Shown in pieces: positions 1-9,448 of a stretch of DNA of 64,000 nucleotides. How positions within the stretch are numbered: position 1 is the first letter of the stretch; each line of letters begins with the position of its first letter. The notes beneath the pieces were generated by a model that searched no databases, had not been told where the DNA came from, and was given only the letters and a program-made list of their open reading frames with translations. Made by a program: the position numbers and the translations under genes. The stretch is taken from assembly GCA_965228855.1 (NCBI GenBank), contig CBDDIJ010000005.1:1280001-1344000 (forward strand), written 5' to 3'. This stretch comes from Candidatus Obscuribacterales bacterium (GTDB taxonomy: Bacteria; Cyanobacteriota; Vampirovibrionia; Obscuribacterales; Obscuribacteraceae).

Positions 1-41
1 TTTGAATCTATTATAAGTTGCGAAGCTCCAGGCAGGCAAGC

Positions 42-359
42 TTAGACGGCTTCAGCAACTGAGGCAGGAAACTTTGACGCATCGAATCCGAACGATGCCC
101 AGACCGACGCGTTCGGTCCATCTTGAAACTCGACAACGTGGCTCTCATCTTCTTCTGTCGGCAGAGGGATGCCGATAGTTTTAAAAAGCTCGACGACCTT
201 TTCTTCGCTCAATCTTACAGAGCTTGCACCGACCTGAGAGTTGTAGACCACCGCTCTGCAATCCCACAGTTCGCCGGCTCGCGTAATTTGAACAAGGCCA
301 CGAAGCCTTGGTCGCTCAATTACAGCCTCTACTTCTTTGTTCACCAATGTCAGTGGCAT
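42..359 (-). CDS. hypothetical protein (~105 aa)
   Basis: ORF 42..491. The likely start is the ATG at 359 (MPLTLVNKE), preceded by GAGGAG. No recognisable family. Confidence 0.55.
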   Translation of the reverse strand: MPLTLVNKEVEAVIERPRLRGLVQITRAGELWDCRAVVYNSQVGASSVRLSEEKVVELFKTIGIPLPTEEDESHVVEFQDGPNASVWASFGFDASKFPASVAEAV

Positions 360-623
360 CTGTTTATCTCTCCTCAGCCAGTGGCACTCTCCGTGACCAT
401 GACTATGTGTTTCCCGGAAGCGGATATAGTAAGACAACTTCCGCAAATCCGTACCGCTCAGCAGTGCGGGCGCTTTACAATGAGTGCGCACACAACGGAT
501 TGTATCGGTGCGTCACGACTCGAAAAGACGTCGGTAGAAAGGTTTACGAGACTGAGAGCAGCGAGCGTCAATGTAAATCTAAAGAAAGCATTCATAACTG
601 CCTTGGGCTGCGGTTCTTACACC

Positions 624-2060
624 TCAGTCATCCGAAACACGTTGCACAGCTAATTGAGGTTGCATCACTCGTGCATCAGCAATAAGGCGCTCGTCGGTCA
701 TCGCACGGCGATGCTCTATCCAGCGGAGCGGAACGTACAGGGCGAGCCCGGCTAACCAACCTTGGAAAGAACAGAGACCGACATGCAAGGGCTCCAGCGC
801 TGGGATAATTCCGGCAGTGGCAATCCCGACGCAACTACCGAACGCCAGCGCTGCAAGAGCGGGGACTCGCATGGTTGGCAGATATTCATCACTTTCGATG
901 ATATGCAAATCCATTGGAATATTCAGAAGTTTTCTGACAATAAAATATTCAGAGACCAGTATGACTGTTGGCATAGCCATCACCACACAGTTGAGCGACG
1001 CTACTTTCTCCAACGCCTGAGCGCCTCCACAACTCGATAGCACACCGGCGACGACGGCACCACATACGGTGAGGATCCCAACAGACAGTTTATGAGGAAG
1101 TTTAGACAGCTGCGACAAGGCGCTACTCGAGCCGTACAGATTCGAATCATTAGCGGCGAAATAAGATGCAGTTAAAACAAGCGCACCGATCAACGCGACG
1201 CCGCCGAAAGAGAAATTGTTCATGAATGCCACGGCAGCTCCATTTTCGGTGATGCCGGTCATTCGTGCAACCAACCAGCCGGTTGTAGGGAAGATGATGA
1301 CGCCAATCAAGAGAGCGACAGACATCGGAATACCGGAGCTACTCAACTTCGCCTTTCCGTGTCGCCAGTAGTCCGCTTCATTTCCCCAGACACAAATGCC
1401 GATCACAAAGTTTGTGATAATCGTCAAAGCGAGAGGAAAACTGCAAGTCCCGCTTTCAGAAATTACGGCAGGATTGGTCGCCGCCACCGTTTTAACCAAC
1501 GTGTATAACACCCACGCGATAAGCATGGGGGCTGCAAAATATCTGGCAAAATTCGCGACGCCCTTGAATCCCCAGAAATTATTCAATGCCATGAGCACGG
1601 CAAAGACCGGGGCGAGAACGGCGAGCGGCAGATCGATGTGAAATAGACCTTCGAGACCCTCAGCCATAAACAGAGCCGTCAATCCGTACCAGGCAATGAA
1701 CATCCAGATGAGATTGAAGGAGACAATAGCAGTTCCCGCTTTTCCAAAGACGCTTTTGATAAGCGAACAATAGCTGCGTCCGCTGACAGCACCGATATGC
1801 GCGGACGGAAGCGCGTAAACCATCATTAGAGCGCTACCGACGATGGTGCCGATCACCACTTGCGCTAAAGAGAGTCCACTTTTGTACCAGGAGAAACCGA
1901 TCAGAACACACGGAAAAACCGTGACCATGGTGACCCACAAAAGTCCCATCGTGACAGCAGAGCGTCTCTGACTCAATGGCGTTATCGTGTCAGCAATACC
2001 GTGTCCACAGTCTTGTATACTCACGAGCGCCTTCCTCGAGATAGTGTATTTCGCATACAA
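624..2060 (-). CDS. NCS1 family (cytosine/purine permease, CodB-like) transporter
   Basis: 478 aa with about 12 hydrophobic segments. Motifs VFGKAG, WYG, ADYWRH and NDSNLYGSS are typical of CodB-like permeases. Confidence 0.85.
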   Translation of the reverse strand: MYAKYTISRKALVSIQDCGHGIADTITPLSQRRSAVTMGLLWVTMVTVFPCVLIGFSWYKSGLSLAQVVIGTIVGSALMMVYALPSAHIGAVSGRSYCSLIKSVFGKAGTAIVSFNLIWMFIAWYGLTALFMAEGLEGLFHIDLPLAVLAPVFAVLMALNNFWGFKGVANFARYFAAPMLIAWVLYTLVKTVAATNPAVISESGTCSFPLALTIITNFVIGICVWGNEADYWRHGKAKLSSSGIPMSVALLIGVIIFPTTGWLVARMTGITENGAAVAFMNNFSFGGVALIGALVLTASYFAANDSNLYGSSSALSQLSKLPHKLSVGILTVCGAVVAGVLSSCGGAQALEKVASLNCVVMAMPTVILVSEYFIVRKLLNIPMDLHIIESDEYLPTMRVPALAALAFGSCVGIATAGIIPALEPLHVGLCSFQGWLAGLALYVPLRWIEHRRAMTDERLIADARVMQPQLAVQRVSDD

Positions 2061-2190
2061 CTATAGTTTTCAGAATGAAACCTGTCTCGAAGAGGAGGGG
2101 GTTATTACGAGGCGGAATTTACGTACCTGCGGCGTTCTTGACGATTACCCGTCGAGCGAGAGAGTTTCAAAACGACTCGGGCCAAACATC

Positions 2191-3039
2191 TTAAAGACTG
2201 AGAGATAGCGGCTTCAAATCATTATGCTTCGCATCAGCACCTGCCTTTATAGCAGCCATCACTTCATGCGCATCAAACACGTATGACTGAACGTTTGCCG
2301 CCTGCAGCAGGCAGTCATTGATGTGATGTTCGTTTGCGTAGTTGATACACTCCTTCGAAGAAGACACTACCAATGGTGGCTTGCCTGCTATCTTTCCGGC
2401 GACCTCTAGCGCGCGTTCGATGAGCGCGTCATGCGTGGGAAGAACAGCGTTTACAAATCCAAGTTTCTCTGCCCGATCAGCCGTCAATCGGTCGCCCGTG
2501 AAGGCAAGTTCCCGCACGATTCCATCCGGTAGCTTCCGAGGCAAGCGTTGCAACGTGCCCAGATCCGCCATAATGCCGATGTTGACTTCTTGAATACAGA
2601 AGTAGGCATCCGCCGTCGCATAGCGTATGTCGCAAGCACTGACCAGATCCAATCCGGCACCGAGGCAGCCGCCTTGAATAGCTGCGATCACCGGTACTCG
2701 CGACGATTCCAAAACTGTCAAAGCATCTTGCAAAGACAGAATCAGATGCTTCAGATGTTCACGAGCTACAGAAGAATCTGTTTTGAACTTATCGACAGCG
2801 GCAAAAACAGCCAGGTCCATGCCGGCAGAGAAAAGTGGACCTTGAGCATCAATAACAATCGCACGTACGTCACCACCATTCGACAGTTCCTTGATTGTCT
2901 TTGGAAACTCCGACCAGAATTCGGGCAACATTGAATTGCGTTTTTCCGGTCGATTAAAAGTGATGCGAGCAATCTTTTCGTCGATCTTCAAATCAAAACA
3001 ACTGGTCATCACAGAACCTCTTGAATCGGTCGTAGCCAT
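2191..3039 (-). CDS. enoyl-CoA hydratase/isomerase (crotonase; ECH1-like dienoyl-CoA isomerase)
   Basis: Motifs FNRPEKRN, FSAGMDL, PVIAAIQGGCLGAGLDLVSACDIR and ADLGTLQRLP. Confidence 0.92.
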   Translation of the reverse strand: MATTDSRGSVMTSCFDLKIDEKIARITFNRPEKRNSMLPEFWSEFPKTIKELSNGGDVRAIVIDAQGPLFSAGMDLAVFAAVDKFKTDSSVAREHLKHLILSLQDALTVLESSRVPVIAAIQGGCLGAGLDLVSACDIRYATADAYFCIQEVNIGIMADLGTLQRLPRKLPDGIVRELAFTGDRLTADRAEKLGFVNAVLPTHDALIERALEVAGKIAGKPPLVVSSSKECINYANEHHINDCLLQAANVQSYVFDAHEVMAAIKAGADAKHNDLKPLSLSL

Positions 3040-3888
3040 CTACTTCAAAGCCTCTTCTTTTACCGGGTCAAGGAAGAAATCACGCATAAGCTCGCCGTCG
3101 GGATCGCAAGCATATTTCGACAAGTCTTCAACACCTGCGGCCCGGAGCACATCAGAGTCGACAAAGAAATTACCGGTTGTGTCCGTGGCTTTTTGAGTCA
3201 AGATCCAATAGGCTGCATCAGCAACAATCTCCGGCTTGCGACACTTTTTCATCGCCTCTTCGCCGCCCAGTAAATTCAGTACGGCTGCCGTCGCAATGCC
3301 TGTTTCCGGCCAGAGTGAATTGACTGCTATACCTGATTTCTTCAACTCCGCGGACATGCCGAGTGTGCATAAACTCATATTGTATTTCGCCATCGTGTAG
3401 GCGAGATGCGGAGCGAACCATCGGGGACTCATGTTCAACGGCGGAGACATGTTCAGGATGTGTGGATTGGTGGATTTCTTGAGATGAGGAATCGCAAATT
3501 TCGAACACATGAAAGTAGCTCGACCATTCACTTGACTCATCAAATCAAAACGTTTCATTTCAGTCGCTTCAGTTGGCGTCAAACTGATTGCACTGGCGTT
3601 GTTCACCAGCGCATCAATACCGCCAAAGTGCTCTGCGGCCTGATTGATTGCCTGTTTAACTTCATCTTCATTGCGCACATCGCACTTGAGCGCAAGCGCT
3701 TTACCGCCACGCTCCTCTATCTCCTTCGCCGCCGTATGAATCGTACCTGGCAGGCGCGGATCTTGCTCAACTGTCTTTGCAAGAATGGCAACGTTAGCAC
3801 CGTCTTGTGCTGCGCGTAAAGCTACCGCAAGTCCGATGCCGCGCGAAGCGCCTGTAATAACCAGAGTTTTCCCAGCCAGTGTGCTCAT
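3040..3888 (-). CDS. short-chain dehydrogenase/reductase (HSDL2-like)
   Basis: Motifs TGASRGIG, NNASAI and YTMAK. The ATG at 3888 has a GGAG RBS and the gene abuts the crotonase gene. Confidence 0.92.
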   Translation of the reverse strand: MSTLAGKTLVITGASRGIGLAVALRAAQDGANVAILAKTVEQDPRLPGTIHTAAKEIEERGGKALALKCDVRNEDEVKQAINQAAEHFGGIDALVNNASAISLTPTEATEMKRFDLMSQVNGRATFMCSKFAIPHLKKSTNPHILNMSPPLNMSPRWFAPHLAYTMAKYNMSLCTLGMSAELKKSGIAVNSLWPETGIATAAVLNLLGGEEAMKKCRKPEIVADAAYWILTQKATDTTGNFFVDSDVLRAAGVEDLSKYACDPDGELMRDFFLDPVKEEALK

Positions 3889-3973
3889 GATTTCTCCGAT
3901 GCGTGGGGCAGCGGGCAATAATAGCGACTTTGACGTGTTTTTAAAAGGCGACTCTGTTTAAGTATCAAACAGA

Positions 3974-5359
3974 CTATTCTTTTCGGATCAAGAGCCAGTC
4001 ACCGCCACCGTTGACTTCACCTTTCCAGCTGCCTTTCAGTCGAGTCGAATCGTAGCTCAACTTGAATTCGCCATTGCCCCGGACATTGCTCCAGGTCCGA
4101 TACAAAGAAACATTCATCATGTTGGTTTGCGGATCGAAAGTTCCGCTTTGCACAATCCCTTTTCGAGCGGGATTTTCATGCCATTCGCCTTGAATCGACA
4201 CCGTCTTGCTCGCCGGATCCTGGCTGGTCATGAGGATCATCTCCCCCTGATCCGAATCCCATTTGCCATCGATTATTGTCGCCGCCTGCTCAACCCTCAG
4301 CGCGCCCTTGTCACCAATTACGGTATTACGATCGTACGGAACAAAAATGAATTCAAACCGATTATCGCGCTCATGCTCTTTCGGGACGTCGCGGCGCGCC
4401 ATCGATCTGGCATCGTCAAAATAGTCGATTTGAGTGCGAGCGGCAGGGATGTTTCCTTTACCTGTTAAGAACTCGGTGACCACAGCAGTCCGCGCTTTTG
4501 CGTGCGGATTCTTCGTGTCCTGCGTCGGACCGGGACTTTCAGAAGAATCAGTCGCGCTCGAGCCGGTGTGATGTTCCTTAGGATCGTGCGTGTCGCTGAA
4601 GACCTCAACAATGAGCTTCGCAGGTCGTTCGGCTGCAAATGTTTCAGCAACTGCTTTGAATGTATCAGAAACACTTGCGCCGTCCGCCGCAGACTCTACC
4701 TTTTTACCCTTAGGATTGGTGTCTATGAAGCATAGATCGTGATCGAGAAGCGAGATTTTCGTCGCAGAATTCAGCGCTCCAACTGCGTCAATATCGGCAC
4801 CTGGCCACTGATCGGCTGGATCAACATTACTTTGATCGGTAATTCGAACAAAGTTAAAGACAGCATTCTTTCCGCCCTTCCCAGCAATATCGATCTCCGA
4901 AGCGGTCGTCAAATCAGGACCAAGATCTATCCAACTCCTCCCGTCACGAGACACTTCAACCTTCACAGGGGAAGAGTTTTCGAGAGGCTCAAAAATGTAT
5001 AGATCCGCACCGGGCAAGTCGACGATGGCGTTATCAACGAAGCGCAGAGTGATTGAACCAGCTGCACCGAGCCCGGAAAACGTCGGAGTGCGAGCCAATC
5101 GATCTGCTTCGAAGTCTTTGAAGTTTGGCGGACCGAGAGCCGGATCGCCAGTTTCCCAGAGGTGCGGCGTCTTCTTTTTGCCGCCCTTATACTCAACCAC
5201 TTCATCAGCAAAAGCGGCAGTTCCTCCACGGAAATAAATGCGCGTGTGTTTAGCGCTATCGTAGATTCGCTGATTGAAACTTTCGCTTGCAATCGCTTCG
5301 CCAGCGGCAAGCGCCGTCACGACAGTTGCAGCGACCGCGAATGTTTTAAATGTCCCCAT
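3974..5359 (-). CDS. exported protein: surface-protein-like N-terminal domain, degenerate OmpA-like domain, C-terminal beta domain
   Basis: Signal peptide and motif LGAAGSITLRFVDNAIVDLPGADLYIFE. OmpA_C-like remnants: VEVFSD, ARTAVVTEFL, RDNRFEF. Confidence 0.6.
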   Translation of the reverse strand: MGTFKTFAVAATVVTALAAGEAIASESFNQRIYDSAKHTRIYFRGGTAAFADEVVEYKGGKKKTPHLWETGDPALGPPNFKDFEADRLARTPTFSGLGAAGSITLRFVDNAIVDLPGADLYIFEPLENSSPVKVEVSRDGRSWIDLGPDLTTASEIDIAGKGGKNAVFNFVRITDQSNVDPADQWPGADIDAVGALNSATKISLLDHDLCFIDTNPKGKKVESAADGASVSDTFKAVAETFAAERPAKLIVEVFSDTHDPKEHHTGSSATDSSESPGPTQDTKNPHAKARTAVVTEFLTGKGNIPAARTQIDYFDDARSMARRDVPKEHERDNRFEFIFVPYDRNTVIGDKGALRVEQAATIIDGKWDSDQGEMILMTSQDPASKTVSIQGEWHENPARKGIVQSGTFDPQTNMMNVSLYRTWSNVRGNGEFKLSYDSTRLKGSWKGEVNGGGDWLLIRKE

Positions 5360-5416
5360 TGTTTTCCTCGATGTTGGCAGCGTTGATTCTTGAGCGCACA
5401 TTCCGCGCGGGATGAG

Positions 5417-6502
5417 TTACTTCGAAGCCGGCGACCCGGGCGGCTCCGGCGAGGGTTGTTCAGCAGTATCATTGAGACTCCAATCGTATTCCTGATACAC
5501 AACCCTGAATTTCTTTGTGCCGTTCTCAGAAAGATTTTTCTGCACGGCTTCCGGTGTCTTCATCAGAATGTAGGCGGCAACTATCTCATCATCGGTAGGT
5601 GGAGGAAAACGCTTTCCCAAACCGACGGCAGTGGCAAAATCGAGTGGAAACCATTTGAAAAGCTGAGAAACATAAATCAAATTCTTTTCAGTGTCGAATC
5701 GAACATTTTTAGAATTGGAGAGAAACTCGATTGTATTTTGTTCGAGCGCCTCGTTTAAACCTTTGACGCCATAAGCCTCGGCACGGAGGCGTCCGCATCC
5801 TTTCGCGGCGGGAACCACCGCGAAATGAATTCGAGGCTCCTGAAAATCACGGCGAAGAATGTCGTGCTCCATGCCCTCAAGCGTTACTTTCTTACCTAGC
5901 AATTCTATGGAGTTTTCTTCCCAGAAGCCTTCAATTTGTCGGATGCTGCTCGATGGATAGTAGGTTTTAGTGCCCTTGATCGGATAATGGTCAAGCACCA
6001 GTTTTATCGTGTAGGCGTTATACGCATTGATCCAGAACGTCAACTTTTCATCCGGTGAAAATGAGTCGTATTCAGCCCTCGTAACTCTGGAAAGCGCAGC
6101 CAGGTAATCTTTTAAGCCTGAAGGGTCCTTCTTCCAGGCGGCATAATCGACCATCCCGCCGGAGACATACTTCTTCAACTCGTCAGTGAAAATCGCATTC
6201 GCCTTTTCACTGAGCGACAATTCATTCGACGGCTTCGAAGCATCGCCCGACTTCGATTTGGATTTGACAGAGCGCTCTCTGGACTTTTTCGAAGGCGGCT
6301 TCTCGGAGGCGGCATCGCCGGTAATCGCTTTCTTTGCGGGCTTTATCTTCTCTGCACGTTTTCTGGTGATCGGCTGAGTCGACTTTATCTCTGCCGTCTT
6401 TGAGTTTTCCGCCGCTTCCGGCGCAGCGCAAAATGCACTCCGGTCAATCAAACCGGAGAATGCCACCGCCACTAGTACCACTAAGCTGGAGACGCGCCGC
6501 AC
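5417..6502 (-). CDS. DUF547 domain exported protein
   Basis: Signal peptide and motifs VDYAAW, KLTFWINAYNAYTI, EPRIHFA, LFKWF and YDWSLND. Confidence 0.88.
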   Translation of the reverse strand: MRRVSSLVVLVAVAFSGLIDRSAFCAAPEAAENSKTAEIKSTQPITRKRAEKIKPAKKAITGDAASEKPPSKKSRERSVKSKSKSGDASKPSNELSLSEKANAIFTDELKKYVSGGMVDYAAWKKDPSGLKDYLAALSRVTRAEYDSFSPDEKLTFWINAYNAYTIKLVLDHYPIKGTKTYYPSSSIRQIEGFWEENSIELLGKKVTLEGMEHDILRRDFQEPRIHFAVVPAAKGCGRLRAEAYGVKGLNEALEQNTIEFLSNSKNVRFDTEKNLIYVSQLFKWFPLDFATAVGLGKRFPPPTDDEIVAAYILMKTPEAVQKNLSENGTKKFRVVYQEYDWSLNDTAEQPSPEPPGSPASK

Positions 6503-6735
6503 AAAAATATCCGAACTTACCTGGAGCCCCGACCTATGAGGTTCTATGCTAGCACAGTAAAAACAGATTTCCGCCGTTCTCGGACGCTTGGCATCGAGAT
6601 TAAATCACGAAAGATACAACCCCACGAGTACGTCCAGAGACACGATGAAAATAGCGGCGAAAGAGAATATCAGTTTACTAGGCCAGAAGCCTGGGAATAA
6701 TTTGCCAAAGGGACTTTTTGAGGTTCTAGCTGCAT

Positions 6736-7104
6736 ATGAAAAAAGGCGGCCAGTTACCATTCGTACTCATATTCTTTTTCCTGGCAACGCAATTCATCTC
6801 AATTTGCGGGACTATGATAGTGCTTGCCTATCCTGAAAACATAGGCAATTACGAAGATATCAGCCCCGAGCACATCGTCCCCCTCGATCCGTTTCTGGCT
6901 GGCGGCCATCAAACTCATGTTATCTCCCGGAGCAGCAACCACAACAATGCTCCCCTGAGAATGCTCGGACTTTTGCCTCAATTTCTGCTGCAACTGGCAG
7001 CGGTTGCAGTTGCAACCGTAGCTGCGCTGAGTTGCCCATCGCGCCTGCAGCTATGTCGATACACGACCAATTTATGGTTGCTTAACCGTGTACTGTTAAT
7101 CTGA
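6736..7104 (+). CDS. small membrane/leader protein upstream of the SulP gene
   Basis: 122 aa with an N-terminal hydrophobic helix, a His-containing middle, a second hydrophobic stretch and the C-terminus LWLLNRVLLI. Confidence 0.55.
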   Translation: MKKGGQLPFVLIFFFLATQFISICGTMIVLAYPENIGNYEDISPEHIVPLDPFLAGGHQTHVISRSSNHNNAPLRMLGLLPQFLLQLAAVAVATVAALSCPSRLQLCRYTTNLWLLNRVLLI

Positions 7105-7328
7105 AGTACCGACTTCTGCTTGGCTTAAGCGGCTGTAAAAACTGCTCCAGCATTGGCGCTCGCGTTGATATTGCGAACGAGTCTTTCAACTGTCACCACC
7201 GCAAGCGCTCGCTTAAGAGCGCAAGCCAAGCATTAGTTTTGACGCCAACAGCATTGATTCCGTCTTGAGTCGTCGAGCCTAGCGACTTCTCCGGAATAAG
7301 CACCGTCGTCGGTCCCTTTGGATTATTT

Positions 7329-8993
7329 ATGATAGAAAAACTCTCTCCGCAGATGCGCCGCTACTTCGCGCATAGGTTTTACTTAAAAGATTTGCTGGCG
7401 TCCATCGTCGTCTTTCTTGTCGCACTGCCATTAGCGATGGGCATCTCGATCGCGTCGGGAATGCCGCCAGCGGCAGGATTGATTACTTGCATCGTCGGTG
7501 GTCTTATTGTCTCTCCGATAAGTGGAAGTCCGTTTCAAGTGAGCGGTCCGGCAGCCGGACTGTCGGTGATCGTCTACGAAATCTTGCAACAGCACGGCGC
7601 CGAAAAGGTCGGCATGGTGATTTTAATCGCCGGTTTCTTGCAAATGATTATGGGCTATCTTAAGCTCGGTCAATGGTTCCGCGCAGTATCGCCTGCTGTC
7701 GTCAACGGCATGTTGTCCGGTATCGGCGTCCTGATTTTCGCCAGTCAATTTCATGTCATGCTCGATGATGCCCCCAGGGGGACAGGTTTACTCAACCTCG
7801 TCGGCATCCCTCTGGCGCTCTACGACTGCCTGACCGATACCAAGGTCAACAGCACACACATCGCCGGATTCGTCGGGGTCCTCTCAATCAGCGTCATCTT
7901 GATGTGGGAGGCTATTCCAGTCAAGAAGGTCAAGCTGATTCCATCGGCACTAGTCGCGGTTTTCACGGCCACCATGGTTACTATGTACTTTAACCTGCCG
8001 ATCAAGCACGTCGACCTGCCGGCCAATCTCTTCGCGGTAATTCAACCGCTGCAACACTGGAGCAAGTTTCTGGATGTGGAATTGCTGCTCGATGGGGTCG
8101 GTCTCGCCCTCGTCGCCAGCGCAGAAACACTTCTCAGCGCCACGGCGGTGGACCGAATGCAAACCAGAGCACGAACAAAATATGACCGCGAGCTGTTCGC
8201 GCAAGGAATTGGAAATTCAATCTGCGGTTTCATGGGCGTTCTGCCAATGACAGGCGTCATCGTGAGAAGCTCTGTAAATATCCAGGCAGGAGCCAGGTCG
8301 CGAATGTCCTCAATCATTCACGGTTTTTGGATTTTGCTACTGGTAATCTCGTTTCCCACTCTGCTAAGAGCCATACCGACAGCAGCATTAGCCGCCCTTC
8401 TCGTCTACACAGGTTACAAGCTGGCCAATTTCAAGATAGTGAAGGAGCTTCTGAAAGCGGACAAACTCGAGGTCGCCATCTACTTCATTACGTTGGGGAC
8501 GATTGTGGCAACGGACCTGCTGACTGGCGTTTTGACGGGAGTGGTCTTATCGGTTTTGAAACTGCTCTATATGTTCTCACACCTGGAAATACGCTCGGTT
8601 ATGGGTCCGGACCAGGCATCAACAGCCCTGTATCTGCGCGGCGCTGCAACGTTTTTAAACCTACCGCGCCTCGCCGAGGCACTTGAAGCAGTTCCACCAA
8701 ACACCGAGCTGCACGTGCATCTGGAGGAGCTCGATTATGTAGACCATGCCTCTCTCGAAATGATTATGGCATGGGAAGTGCAACATAAAGCGACAGGTGG
8801 CTCGTTGGTAATAGACTGGGGAACGCTCGGCTCCATGTTCAGAGACCGTCGGCGCACGCCGCGCCAGGAAAGCACGCCATCCGCCGCGACCGAGGAACTC
8901 AAGGCAAGTGAAGGCTCGCAAACAGAACCACCGGACGGTCCGAAACTCACGGAGACAACCACAGCTTCAGGTAATCAGGGCGAGCCAGAGTAA
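7329..8993 (+). CDS. SulP (SLC26) family anion/bicarbonate transporter with STAS-like C-terminus
   Basis: Motifs DLLASIVVFLVALPLAMGISIASG, VSGPAAGL, ELFAQGIGN, LPMTGVIVRSS and LDYVDH. Confidence 0.93.
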   Translation: MIEKLSPQMRRYFAHRFYLKDLLASIVVFLVALPLAMGISIASGMPPAAGLITCIVGGLIVSPISGSPFQVSGPAAGLSVIVYEILQQHGAEKVGMVILIAGFLQMIMGYLKLGQWFRAVSPAVVNGMLSGIGVLIFASQFHVMLDDAPRGTGLLNLVGIPLALYDCLTDTKVNSTHIAGFVGVLSISVILMWEAIPVKKVKLIPSALVAVFTATMVTMYFNLPIKHVDLPANLFAVIQPLQHWSKFLDVELLLDGVGLALVASAETLLSATAVDRMQTRARTKYDRELFAQGIGNSICGFMGVLPMTGVIVRSSVNIQAGARSRMSSIIHGFWILLLVISFPTLLRAIPTAALAALLVYTGYKLANFKIVKELLKADKLEVAIYFITLGTIVATDLLTGVLTGVVLSVLKLLYMFSHLEIRSVMGPDQASTALYLRGAATFLNLPRLAEALEAVPPNTELHVHLEELDYVDHASLEMIMAWEVQHKATGGSLVIDWGTLGSMFRDRRRTPRQESTPSAATEELKASEGSQTEPPDGPKLTETTTASGNQGEPE

Positions 8994-9024
8994 AAAGGCA
9001 TGACACCGTCTTCGGTGCCATGCC
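8992..9024 (-). terminator. intrinsic terminator between convergent genes
   Basis: Hairpin GGCATGACACCG-TCTT-CGGTGCCATGCC, followed by a T run on the minus strand. Confidence 0.7.
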
Positions 9025-9049
9025 ATCGTCTTATTACCTGACCGTTCAC

Positions 9050-9349
9050 TTAGTCATCGTGAATCGCGTCGTGCATATCCTCTTTGGCATCGTGATGGTC
9101 TTCGCGAGCCTCTTCCTTATAGTGTTTAGCCTTCATGCGGTTCCACTTGGCTCGCAGACCGTGTCCGCGTCTAGACTGGTATTTAGCCTCAGCACGGGCT
9201 TCAGCAGCTTTCGCGTGGTTTTTATTAGCTTCACGCTCGTGCCGGATGGCATCATGGAAGTCGTCATCATCAGCCATTGCAGCCCCGATGAAGCCTATCC
9301 CTTGAATCAAAAATACCCCCATCAACGAGAGTGCAATACGTTTTTTCAT
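9050..9349 (-). CDS. small exported charged, His-rich helical protein
   Basis: Signal peptide MKKRIALSL...AAMA and a GAGGA RBS. Confidence 0.75.
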   Translation of the reverse strand: MKKRIALSLMGVFLIQGIGFIGAAMADDDDFHDAIRHEREANKNHAKAAEARAEAKYQSRRGHGLRAKWNRMKAKHYKEEAREDHHDAKEDMHDAIHDD

Positions 9350-9448
9350 TTCCAGATTCCTCAAAAATGCCTTCTACAGCCTAAATAGCATCAGAGCGGC
9401 AAATTGGTTACGCACCGAAGGACGCACGAAAGACTTCAGAACGTTCTT

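Noticed and set aside
500..600. TTTCTACC on the minus strand near the NCS1 permease, suggesting a purine riboswitch
   Set aside because: It lies downstream of the permease, and the other conserved elements (TATAAT..ATATGG, CCGTAAA loop) are missing.
123..685. Plus-strand ORFs 123..653 and 308..685, and the many other short antisense ORFs overlapping confident genes
   Set aside because: They lack family motifs or an RBS and overlap better-supported CDS on the opposite strand or frame.
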